Assembly: GCA_009103225.1 (NCBI GenBank)
Contig: RHPI01001507.1
Span: forward strand, 287,626-351,625
Direction: 5' to 3'
Length of the DNA: 64,000 bases
Origin: Chlorokybus atmophyticus
Lineage: Eukaryota > Plantae > Mesostigma and Chlorokybus algae
Shown: positions 12,401 to 21,754 of the stretch, one piece after another
Position numbering within the stretch: the first letter of the stretch is position 1
Layout of the letters: each line of letters begins with the position of its first letter
Position numbers and translations under genes: made by a program
The notes under the pieces: model-generated
What the model was told of the DNA's origin: nothing
What the model saw: the letters and a program-made list of their open reading frames with translations, nothing else
Database searches by the model: none

Positions 12401-15264
12401 GTTGGTGACTGAGGTATTGGTGCACGTGTAGCTTCAAGAGCTTGTTCACGTGCAGCAATGGCGGCAGCTTGATCCTGTCGCCAATGATATGCTTGTTCCA
12501 GTGCGTGGTAGCGCTGATGAAGACGAGCGGTTGTAGGAGGTCCGAGTGCTTCATCAGTGCCCAAAGGCAGGTCGGCTGCGGCGGCGATGCGCTGCTGGAC
12601 GGCGTCTCGGCGGTCCAGATACGTGTCCAACGGGCTGGGTTCAAAGGTGGTGGTTGGCATGCGTGCAGGCTGGCGCGGGGCGGTCTGCATGTTGTTGTGC
12701 AACGCCCAGAACAGCTGCAGAGCCAACTCCAACACTACAGGTGGGCTGTAGCTGATTAAAAACACCCTGTCACGCATCGGAGGTGCAGTGCCAGCAAGGA
12801 TCTTATCTTCTAACTGGTGTTGAGTGGGTGCTGGAAGGGTGTGAACCTCTGGTAGCGGGAAGACGCGATCATCGCGGGCGACACGCGTGGTGCGCTCCCC
12901 CCCCCGACCGAAAGCGATGGTAGTGGGGTCTGCTCCGCGCAGGATGGTTTCCCATGCTCGCTCAGCTTGCTGACCAGTTGGGACAGCCTGAGTGACGTCG
13001 AGAGCGGGCAGAGTGGCTGCGCGCGTCGCTGCAGAGACAGCGGGGTCGACGATGGCCATTGTGGCAGTTGCGACGGTATCGGTCGGTGGTGCGAGAGTTG
13101 TCTCAACGCCTCCGGACAGAGGCACTGCTGCAGTGGGAAGTGCACCGCCCACTGGTGCAGATTCGGTAGAGATGGCGGCTGCTGCCAGTGTGCTCACCAG
13201 CGTTGGCGTCACGGTGCCCATCGGTGTACCAGGCTGTGGTGCAACTGGAGTGGGTGCTGCTGACGTTGGTGGAGTCGACGTTGTAGCCGGTGTGGCTGTT
13301 GCTGCGGAGGCAGCACCACTGGTGGCTTCGGAGGAGGTGCCTGCTGATGTTGTTGCAGCTTCCCCTCGTGCTCGTCGTAATGGTTGCACGCGGGACGGAG
13401 TGTTCCTGTCTCTCTCGCGATTTGCAGCCATCAGCGCCCATCGGGCAGCGTAGTAGGCGCGGTAGTCCTGCTCCTTGTCTTCTTCCAAGCGCGCCATACG
13501 CGCCATGAGGGCTGCCATATGGTCATCAGCTGGTGGGTTGGCTGAAGCCTTGGCGGCAACAGCAGCAGCGCGTGGACGTGTATCTGGTCCCTTACGCTGA
13601 GGAGGTCTGTTCTTCCCCCTGTAGCCTTGCTCTTCCTTGCGAACACTGGCGTTGTTGTTGTTGTTACTGCCACCAGCGTTGTTGCTGTTGTGGGCTCCAG
13701 TGTTGTTGCTATTGTAGCCACTGAAGTGGTTGCCAGTGTGGCCCCCAGTGTTGTTGCTGTTGTAGCCACTGAAGTTGTTGCCAGTGTGGCCCCCAGTGTT
13801 GTTGCTGTTGTAGCCACCGAGGTAGTTGTGGTTGTAGCTGTTGGCGGGCCTCAACTCTGGGAACTTGAGCCAGCAGACTGACTCCAAATGACCAGTCTTG
13901 TGACAGTGGTCGCAAACCAAAGTTGAGTATTCTTCGGTGCACTCCTTTTGGTAGTGCCCATGCCGTCCACAGCGATGACACAGCACAGGGGCAGCAAGTG
14001 CAGCATGAGCTGACCGTTTCCCTTTGTCGCGTGCTGGTGGAGCGTCCCGGCCACGGTCGCGGCGAGGAGGCTCAGTTGTCGTGCTGACTACAGGCCGTAC
14101 GGCGCTGCGGTTGGTGTCCAGCACTGCCTTCTCATACACCAAGCGCTTGTGGATGGCTTGTGCAGTCTCGAAGGCTTCTTTGAGGGTGTAGCCAAGGGGC
14201 CTGCTGTAGTTCAGAGTCAGGCGTGTCGACTCGCTCAGAGCAGCATCCAACTCATTGACGTATATCACTGCAGCAGCCTCCTCACTGACAATCTTGTAGT
14301 CAGTGTCCTTCAGCAGACCTTCCAGTCTGGAGTACAAGCGGAGGGGATCCTCATTGGGCTTGCGTCGAAAGCGTCTCAGCTCCTCAACCTTGCTGGTGGT
14401 CTGAGGAGGGAAGGTACGGCGCAGGGCAGCGTACAGGTCCTTGAGTGGAGAATCAGAGATGGCAGCACCTACGGTGATGGCTGGTGCGCGCAGTGCTACT
14501 GACCCGAGGGTGAAAGCGCTGCCTCCTGCACGAGAGCCAGGTGTTGCTGGAGGTAGAGGAGTACCCCACTCTGCGGCTGCCGCTTGCTGTACAGCTCTTT
14601 GTTCCTCAATGATGATGGCAGAACGGTCAAGGATGCGGACTCGACGTGTGGCCTCCTTGGACTCAACTTCTGCAGGGGTCAAGTTGACAAGTACCAACTC
14701 TGGTTCCTCCTCCTCTGCCTGCTTGAGAGCTGCAGCTATGGTCAAGCCTGTTACTGCAACTGAAGTGGCAGGTGGAACGACACCTGCTGGACGGTGCAGG
14801 GATGCAGATGCTATGGTGCTGGCAAGCTCGCCATAGCCGTCTACTCGATGCAGTTCAGCAACGGACTTCCAGACATCGTGTGCTTCATGATCAAGATACT
14901 GAGCAGCAATGTGGAAAGAGATCTCATCTGACCAGTCTTTGTTCTTCAGTGCTTGCTGCCGCATCTTGGAGTGGAACTTGATGATGAACTCATCCAGCGA
15001 GGTGGTGCCGGCACGTCCGGAGAAGCGCAGGGATGTGGTTGAACTGGAAGATTCCATCTCGTTGTCGTCGCTGTCCGATGATAGTGGAGAAGCTGGATGA
15101 CGAGGAGTAGAGTGGAGCGGGGTGAAGCTGGAGATGGAGCGCGAGCCTCTGCTGCTGCGGTCGATGCTTCCGTCACTGGTCCGCTCGTAGGTGAGATTGG
15201 TGGTTGGGCTCCAACTGCTGAGGTCACCCTCGTCTATTGGGGAGAACGGGGTGGGCCTGCTCAT
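9403..15264 (-). CDS. Gag - unknown region - aspartic protease - C5 cytosine methyltransferase polyprotein (1953 aa)
   Basis: Zinc knuckles CHRCGRHGHYQKEC and CDHCHKTGHLESVC. Protease LDTGA (DTG at 11152-11160). DNMT motifs ELFGGIGSG (I), AGWECQGHS (IV, Cys at 10153-10155), ENV (VI), AHRVR (VIII), ERERAMGF (IX), LLGRAI (X). Confidence 0.92.
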   Translation of the reverse strand: MSRPTPFSPIDEGDLSSWSPTTNLTYERTSDGSIDRSSRGSRSISSFTPLHSTPRHPASPLSSDSDDNEMESSSSTTSLRFSGRAGTTSLDEFIIKFHSKMRQQALKNKDWSDEISFHIAAQYLDHEAHDVWKSVAELHRVDGYGELASTIASASLHRPAGVVPPATSVAVTGLTIAAALKQAEEEEPELVLVNLTPAEVESKEATRRVRILDRSAIIIEEQRAVQQAAAAEWGTPLPPATPGSRAGGSAFTLGSVALRAPAITVGAAISDSPLKDLYAALRRTFPPQTTSKVEELRRFRRKPNEDPLRLYSRLEGLLKDTDYKIVSEEAAAVIYVNELDAALSESTRLTLNYSRPLGYTLKEAFETAQAIHKRLVYEKAVLDTNRSAVRPVVSTTTEPPRRDRGRDAPPARDKGKRSAHAALAAPVLCHRCGRHGHYQKECTEEYSTLVCDHCHKTGHLESVCWLKFPELRPANSYNHNYLGGYNSNNTGGHTGNNFSGYNSNNTGGHTGNHFSGYNSNNTGAHNSNNAGGSNNNNNASVRKEEQGYRGKNRPPQRKGPDTRPRAAAVAAKASANPPADDHMAALMARMARLEEDKEQDYRAYYAARWALMAANRERDRNTPSRVQPLRRARGEAATTSAGTSSEATSGAASAATATPATTSTPPTSAAPTPVAPQPGTPMGTVTPTLVSTLAAAAISTESAPVGGALPTAAVPLSGGVETTLAPPTDTVATATMAIVDPAVSAATRAATLPALDVTQAVPTGQQAERAWETILRGADPTTIAFGRGGERTTRVARDDRVFPLPEVHTLPAPTQHQLEDKILAGTAPPMRDRVFLISYSPPVVLELALQLFWALHNNMQTAPRQPARMPTTTFEPSPLDTYLDRRDAVQQRIAAAADLPLGTDEALGPPTTARLHQRYHALEQAYHWRQDQAAAIAAREQALEATRAPIPQSPTAGPSSSTTPLFVETNSDQARALAQQTRGVIAPLLPALVEDLPEDQREPGRGYLTPQGCTQRDGAGLVGEQQLRTALLRQATMLHRQEGIGLRQMLGMRDNGNAARARLVTWLVTNHPAVPLFAFGARIAWVDAFLRSIRQAYDEVASAATDTLEGALEAILSLPGVEAGRQRRRIAAAYEQHVQQPETRLTVRTRAITVLEVGVVNGRWDAYMAGILRVPTITHDMRARLLRAVYLQPMPQNHRYIDVDNNATATWEGTLVREAAHAVRWTYAEEQAAREAVPQTPGPPGFPPQPLATPPGMTTAAQRVNPPAPPLGQVAAAPPVPRPPRVYQQPRQGRFGQSRGQGGPQDPSGRGALAALRSGPADESKATVSPRKRFRRCKRLRINANAAMIANQGKHVTVNGRAPKRVMLDTGAQPVIVGRYLARDLGITSTELLPCPYQLDTATGNRNKVLGLIKQAVSIRLTGLNPSHSTEIVQRCVVTDAGSFDLLLGQDCNFPVGMGMDCWTEQAWIRPHWDEDDGEEQGFLPLELVAKDRSQRRSAAAATYSLTKSSRVPRARTQPRTTATSSSPSLNAEEDSPTPYDESQETVTKEVAFQEPSERRWSAQVAAHMLLTRPQLTAHFPVYKDQATVQEQYHIATGVVEFHMFRRQQGIIVLELFGGIGSGLAAVLNTGTTVTKYLYCDPDPHAQEALSHHLRQLHQRYPQQLPLSALQGSQKALPQDIRWITKDHLQAVANVDLLIAGWECQGHSRAGRGQGLSDPRSQLFWELMRVIKLLQTSQIARPLGYIIENVHSEDDKRHHVAKAYRQVCSLLGHPLKINAARHGSRAHRVRAKWTNLAIVEDLFLAEYLYSNRPRNLVVDDILDPGRTAQPVTRLDHHHFYQCNQPGQPRRALPTLVSYPGSYAFRNGGDGMVLDSNTGQLEEPNARERERAMGFFPGSITGSTLTTGQQCQLLGRAIDQNSMVWYLEMCFALQDRHVSVQELEHLAGGWIARF

Positions 15265-16259
15265 ACAGCTGGTCCAGAGGTGAAAGGGTAGAGTGCTTGT
15301 GCTCTACCGTCTATCCTGATGCTGTTACCACCCAACACACTAGTGCTTGTGCGCACTATGTGATGACAATGATAACGAATGCCCAGCGATGTATCCCTGG
15401 GTGCAGACTGCACTATCTGATGCAGATTGCAACACACTCACTTGTGCAAAGAGGGTGACAATGTAAGTCAACAAGCCACTACGATAGGTAGTGCTGTGGA
15501 CACAGTCCTTTGCATGAGTGGATAGAATGATACACTGTTAAGTGAGGTGAATGAGTGTGCAACACGTGGATACAACACCCTGACTACTGAAACAACACAC
15601 CACCGTCAAGCTCACAGCAATGGCAGGCACAGCGCACAAGAGCATGCACCGTGTCTCACGCAGTAAGGGAATTCTTGGCAACCGGGGCAGCGTGCTTCCA
15701 GTTCAAGTCGCTTCACAAGCTCTTTAGAAACAGAGTCTTTACTTCGTGGTACTCCTAGTACTCACAGTACTCACTTACAGTGTCGCCAGCCAGTCTGGTG
15801 ACGTAACTTCCTACTTATACATGTCAAATCATGACTGTGCAGTGCCACGCGGGCACTAGGCCAACGGTCACATCGAGGCCTCATGCTATTTCGGAAATCT
15901 TCTAAGACTCGATATAGCACATGTGTTCTTAACAGACTTGCAACTGATCAGCTACGCGCGGTCCCTACAGACAGGTCTATAAAGTAGCCCTAGCTACATG
16001 CTACATGAGTGATACAGTAGCTAGCAGTAGGCTGGGGCTCGCGCGGTCTTCATGCTGGTAGCCCGGGCGCGGGGCTGGGTGTAGGCATGCTTGAGAAGAA
16101 CTGGCATGCGAGGGTAGATGGCATGACAGAGCGCTGCTGCAACTTCTCCTGCACCGTAGTGTTGGTGGGATTTCCACCGTAAGTCCTTGTGCATTGGTGT
16201 GCCAAGCCCCGACTAGCAAGCAAGTAGTGGTATCGTTACATGCACGCGCTGCAGCTGCC

Positions 16260-17400
16260 GAAGACGCTGAAAGGCTCAAATTTTTATTGGACTGAATGTG
16301 AAGGATCATCACCAAAGTTTGATGACTGAGTGCACAACCGCAAGGGAGTGCTGCAGACGGTTTGGAGGCACATTTAGGTCTAGCAACAGTACGAGAAATT
16401 TGCAACTTGAGAGACCGATGTTTTTATAATGGATGACGACTAGAGAACGTGTTATCAAGTTTGTCGCAAGGGCTAGAGACCTTTGCATAAAGCTAATTGC
16501 TGTTGCCATAACATTAAAGAACTTAAAGTGGTCTGGAACATCATGTCTAGGTTGTCTGCCAGATTGAACAATATGGTCCAAATCTTGGGCACCACTTCTG
16601 CTAATTAATGCTGGGTTGAGGTTGTACCAAAGCTGATGTGTGTTTAAGGCAATTATAAGAAGAAGTAGGACTTCAGGAAGACCATTGCAATCGCTGCCAA
16701 GTTTGTGGCTTCCTCATCCTCTTGAGGCCATGAAAGAGGTAGAGGAAGAGGCAAGTTGAGAGGTGTGAGTAGAGAATAGTGGCTGAAGACTGTGGAGTGT
16801 CATTTGCTAGGAAGGTCCATAGCCAGGCCAACTGTTATGAGAATAAGACCAAGGGCTGAAAATGCACGGAGAATGTTATAGGTGGCTTTTGCTAAATCCG
16901 CTGAGTTTGAGGCGTGTACCTCTCGGCTTAATAATAGACTCTGATTGTACTTGCACATGACTCAAAACGATGCGGAAGACAATAGACATCTGGCAAAACC
17001 CACTGTCGTCTTATAATCAAAGACTTGACTGACGCCGAGCAAGGTGCACAACTTGCTACTGAACTCGAAGCGATGTGCCACTCCACTAGTTGACAGCTTT
17101 CTCATCTAGCGCGTGCGCACCTGCTTTTACAGTGTTGATAACCACCTGGTCGCGCAGCCTCAAGGGCTCCAATGTACATGCCCCCTACTAGTATGTCTCA
17201 GAATTGTCAAAGTCAAGGCAGTCAACACTGTAGTGACCAAGAGCGCTTACCGCTATTACGAAGTACAGCTCAAGTGCATGGTTGTAAACAATAGTTACGC
17301 AAGGACAAAGGCGCGCATCTGCATTCCCGTAGTAAAGAAGGACGAGTGGCAAGGCAAGTCAGCACATCGGCTTGGCAAACATGTAAGTGCTGCTATTTGT
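16260..17400 (+). mobile_element. Second degenerate Ty1/Copia remnant (gag, protease, pre-integrase)
   Basis: KAQIFIGLNVKDHHQSLMTECTTARE...TFRSSNSTRNLQL matches the Copia gag pattern. Frameshifted DCGVS protease-like segment near 16790 and HRLG near 17370. Many stops and frameshifts. Confidence 0.55.
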
Positions 17401-17591
17401 ACGTACTGCTTACACCCATGTCAATGCTTCTGCACAACCAGCTGAAAATGTAGGTGAGTGGCGTCATAAAGGGGCCATCATTCTCAGAATGGCATTGCAG
17501 TGCGCATGCGTAACTTACGCATGCGCACTGCAATGCCATTTTGATGCCCATGCAGCGGCTGCAACGAATGTGAGTCTAATAACATCGGCAG

Positions 17592-17704
17592 TGTAAAGGG
17601 AGAGAAATACCAACTCCCCCTTCAATGCTCTACCCCAACACCCACGCCAACGACCCTACCCATGCCGCCGCCGTGACTGTCGTGTCAAGAACCCCCGTTC
17701 CCCC
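17592..17704 (-). repeat. Partial LTR copy (ends at an N)
   Basis: tgtaaagggagagaaataccaactcccccttcaatgctc... matches the first ~110 bp (plus strand) of the 25565 LTR; preceded by GGCAG. Confidence 0.85.
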
Positions 17705-17863
17705 NCAACCTCTCTAGTCGAGCGTATCTAGCTCACTCAGCTAAGCTTAGTGGGCCCCCACCCAGTCTGTGTTAGGCGTTCTTGTATTGTATGGTGATGT
17801 TTGCCGTGTAATGCCACTTGCTCTGTGACCCTACTTGGCCCCTGCTGTTTGCAACAGCCATCA

Positions 17864-18213
17864 TGTAAAGGGAGAAATGCCAACTCCCCCTTTAATCCTC
17901 TACCCCAACACCCACGCCAACGACCCTACCCATGCCGCCACCGTGACTGACATGTCAAGAACCCCCGTTCCCTCACTCACTATCAGCCATAGCTTTGACC
18001 ATTTTGGTTGATATCAACCAATTAGGGTAAGAATCACGGATATCACCCGTTGGGACTCATATAAGGGTCTTAATTAAGCATAGAGCGAGGAACTAATGAA
18101 GCTTGGCATTTTATATGACCTAAATTGGTCAATTATAAAATATAATTGACCAATTAAGGTCATATAAAATGATGTCAAGGTGAAAACCTTAAATAAGGGA
18201 AAAGCCCTTGACA
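17864..18213 (-). repeat. 3' LTR-like copy adjoining the PPT
   Basis: tgtaaagggagaaatgcc...aagcccttgaca, followed on the plus strand by ttgccccccctc (minus-strand PPT GAGGGGGGGCAA). Confidence 0.9.
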
Positions 18214-18405
18214 TTGCCCCCCCTCGGCTCCTGACGCCGTCAGTTGATCACTCTAACAGCCGGATCCGATTTCGATGAGGGATGAGGGTTGCACACTGAA
18301 GACATGCTGCCTCACGCCCTGTCAGTAGTGCGGTGGGCACACACGTTAGCGAGAGTTGTAATCCTGAAGAACCTGCTGGCAGTTTGTCAAGTTGCTTTCG
18401 GGCTC

Positions 18406-21400
18406 CTACGTGTTGTGCTCAACACCATACCCTTTCCACTTGACCAAATACGATGTGCGTCCACGCTTATCCTTTCTATGATCAAGTATATTCTCCACCT
18501 CATATTCCGGGCCCGCACTGCCATCTAAGACAACAGCAGGAGGTGGTGGTTGAGTCCGTCCATCAGCACGATAGGCTGCAAGGAGGCTCACAGGAAATAC
18601 ATCATGTATCTTTCCCATCGATGCTAGCAACTCCAACCGATATGCAAGTTTGCCAACTCGCTCGCGTACTGCGCACGGTCCTACAAAGCGTGGCATGAGT
18701 TTGCGGGTACACTTTGCCTTGAGTGACAAGTTCTTGGTGTTTAGCAACACCATGTCACCAATTTTAAACATTATGCCGATGCTTATCAGTATACGCTTTG
18801 ATCGATCTTGCGCCGCACGCATGCACTCACGTGCTCGTTGCGTGCATGATTGCAATTCAAGTGCAAGATCGCGTGCAGCTGGCACCTTATAACTAGGTGG
18901 CAACTTCAGATCAGCCACCCCCAATGGGTATTTGCCATAATTCGCAAAGAAGGGCGTGTCGTTTATGCTCGCTTGCCAAGCATTATTGATTGCAAATTCT
19001 GCCATTGGTAAGTAGACATCCCAATCGGTTTGATTAGGTGCAACATAATGTTGCATATTGTCGCATAATGCCAGGAGTCTCTTCCACAATCCGGTTGGCA
19101 CGTTTAATTTGCCCATCCGTCTGAGGATGAAACGTAATGCTCATGTGTTGGTTAATGTGCAAGAAGTCACACCTTGATCTCTAAAACAAAGACGTAAATC
19201 TCGGACCTTTATCTGATACCATATTGCGTGGCAAACCATGCAAACGGTACAACGAGGAGAGGAACAGCATAGCTAATTCCCGAGCACCCGTGTCCGTACG
19301 GCAAGGAGCTAGGTGAAGCATTTTGGTCAGACGGTCCACAAACACCACAATCGCTGTATGACCTCAGGTAGTCTTAGGCAGTGCAGTGATGAGATCCATA
19401 CTGACACTCTCCCAACTGAGCGATGGGATAGGCAATGGCTGTAAAAGGCTGGACATTCTTTGCCGTCTTGGCTTGTTGCGTTGACATGCATCGCATGTTG
19501 CAACATACTGATCGACATCCAATGTCAATCGGGGCTAATACAAGTGTCGTTGAGTTGCAGCAGTAGTCTTGGACCGCCTAAAGTGACCGACATGCACAGT
19601 AGTGATACACTCAGTGCGCAAGCCATCATGATCAGGTATGACAAGAGCATTGCCCTTATACCATAGTCCATCCCGCAATTTAAAGCCCCGTCACGTGTTC
19701 ATGGTTGATACACCATTGCTCAGTAGTCGTATGGTTGACGTCAGCCGGAATGAACTTGCGAGACTCATACGCACACACATTCGTCTTGCATGAGCACCGC
19801 CCCACACCCAAACTTGGAAGCATCACTTATCACAGTGAATTGTTTCTCTTCCAATCCGGCATTGCCAGTACAGGTGCTGATGTTAGTGCACGCTTGATCA
19901 TCGCGCATGGATTCGTCGTGTTTTGCATCCCATGTAAAGCATTGTCCTTTATGCAACAATGTTGACAACGGCAAAGTCAATGAACTGTAACCAAGTATAA
20001 ACCGTCGAAAGCAATTAGCCAGGCCCAAAAATGATCAGCTCATAATGATTGCGAGGCGTAGGCCAATCTTCCACGACCTTAACTTTGGTAGGATTAGGCT
20101 TGATGCCATCAGCACCAACAATGTGCCCCAAGTATGGCAACTCCTGCTTACCAAAATTGCATTTGCTGAGGTTGGCGAACAACTTGTGCTTCCACAACCG
20201 CTCAAGAACGATTGCCACATGTTGCTGATGTTCATCCAGGTCATTACTATGAACAATGATGTCATCCAGGTAGACCTTTGCAAACTTGCTAAGCAAGTCG
20301 CCAAACACAGCATTCATCTCGGCTCAAAAGACTACGGGTGCGTTTGTCAAACTAAACGGCAACACCTTGTATTCATAATGGCCAATCGGCGTTCTGAAAG
20401 CAGTATTATGTACATCATTCGCATGCAACCGGACGATAACCACTGGTCAAGTCGAGTGATGTAAAGTACTTACTCCCCGACAGTGAGTCCTGCATGTCAT
20501 CAATGCGTGGTAAAGGGTACTTATTTGTGACCGTGATCTTGTTCAATGCACGATAATCCACACATGCGTAGCTTCCCGTTTTCTTTCTTACAAAGAGAAT
20601 GGGAGAGCCGTATGGGGATTTACTCGGTTGAATCAAACCTTTGGCCAATAACTTTGTGATCTGCTTTTCCATTTCTACCCTCTCTACAGGACTTAGCCTA
20701 TAGGTAGGTCGTGAAGGAGGGGCAGATCCTGGTTTTATATGAATGGTATGACCAATACCTCTACCTCTATCCGGTGGTAGTTCCGGCAAAGTGTCAGCAA
20801 AGACATCGCTGAATGTGGTCACCACTTGTTGCATTTTGGGAATGCCATTCATGGCAGCGCTGTTGGCATCGGAAGCAGCATGTACATGAGCCAAAAAGGC
20901 CGTTGATTTGTGCTTGCGATACACACGTTTGGTTTGCAGAGCATTTAAAAGCCCTGCACGCTTAGGCAAAGTTCGTCGCAATTGCGTGGTGAGCGTAACT
21001 TTACGCTTACCTTTGCGTACGGAACATGTTTTTGCATATGTGTCTAGAATGCGACGCACAGCTTGTTGCCAATCAAGCCCCAGTATGACATCAGTATTGT
21101 CAATCCCAAGAACTGTGACTAACAGCTTAAACACGCCGAGTATGCACCAATGCGCATGCGTGCATTGACAACGCCATATAGAGGCAAAGCGTTGCGCCCT
21201 GCGGCATGCAACAGCATGTTTGCTGGTAACATAGCCAACGATAAGCGTTTCACTAAAGAATGATCAATCAAGCTATGCGTAGCAGCGGTGTCCAACACAA
21301 ATGAAGCATAATAACCCGCTAAAGAACCCTGAAAGGTCCATAGTAAGGGAATAAGATGACCATCAAATGCGGCCATAAGGGCATGGTCACTGTGCGGCGG

Positions 21401-21409
21401 AAGCACCAC
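18406..21409 (-). pseudogene. Frameshifted chromovirus pol (PR-RT-RH-IN-chromodomain)
   Basis: Pieces in different frames: 21409-21119 PR, 21134-20415 and 20317-20015 RT, 20028-19765 RNase H, 19116-18406 integrase C-terminus plus chromodomain. Confidence 0.88.
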
Positions 21410-21754
21410 CTACTTCATGAAAGTAGGCATATCTGTTGTCCGCTTGAACTTAGCCACAAGGTGTCCATGTGATGTCCATTTGGAACATGAGCCATGATTG
21501 TATGGCATGAGGACATACTTTGTGATAGCAGGATGCTGTTTTTGAAACGTAGCAAACTCTGCTAAAGTAGTTGCTAAGTCATCTGGTTTGCACGAAAGTA
21601 ACACACGCGCATCATGTACTGGTTCATCACACCGCAATACAGGCAACGTATCATGATCAAACCAAGCATGCGTGACACCATGTGTACGTATAACAGATAC
21701 AATGTCCAAACCAACATCTCTAGGCATAGTGGCCATGGCTAATCCCTACGGCTC

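Larger units (their letters stand above)
6100..15330 (-). mobile_element. Ty3/Gypsy-type retrotransposon carrying a C5 DNA methyltransferase and a PHD finger
   Basis: Domain order Gag(2x CCHC)-PR(LDTGA)-DNMT-RT(YIDD)-RNaseH-IN(HHCC, DDE)-PHD, all in one frame (15264-6169). Polypurine tract AGGGGGGG followed by TG at 6130-6121. No matching LTR pair found, so the boundaries are approximate. Confidence 0.93.

Noticed and set aside
13431-13881. Alternative-frame ORFs with TTATTLG or VVA repeats
   Set aside because: Shadows of the 48-bp repeat in the Gag frame.
15460-15480. caacaagcca 10-mer matching the putative 3' LTR end at 6113-6122
   Set aside because: Flanking sequence does not align; too short to call a 5' LTR.
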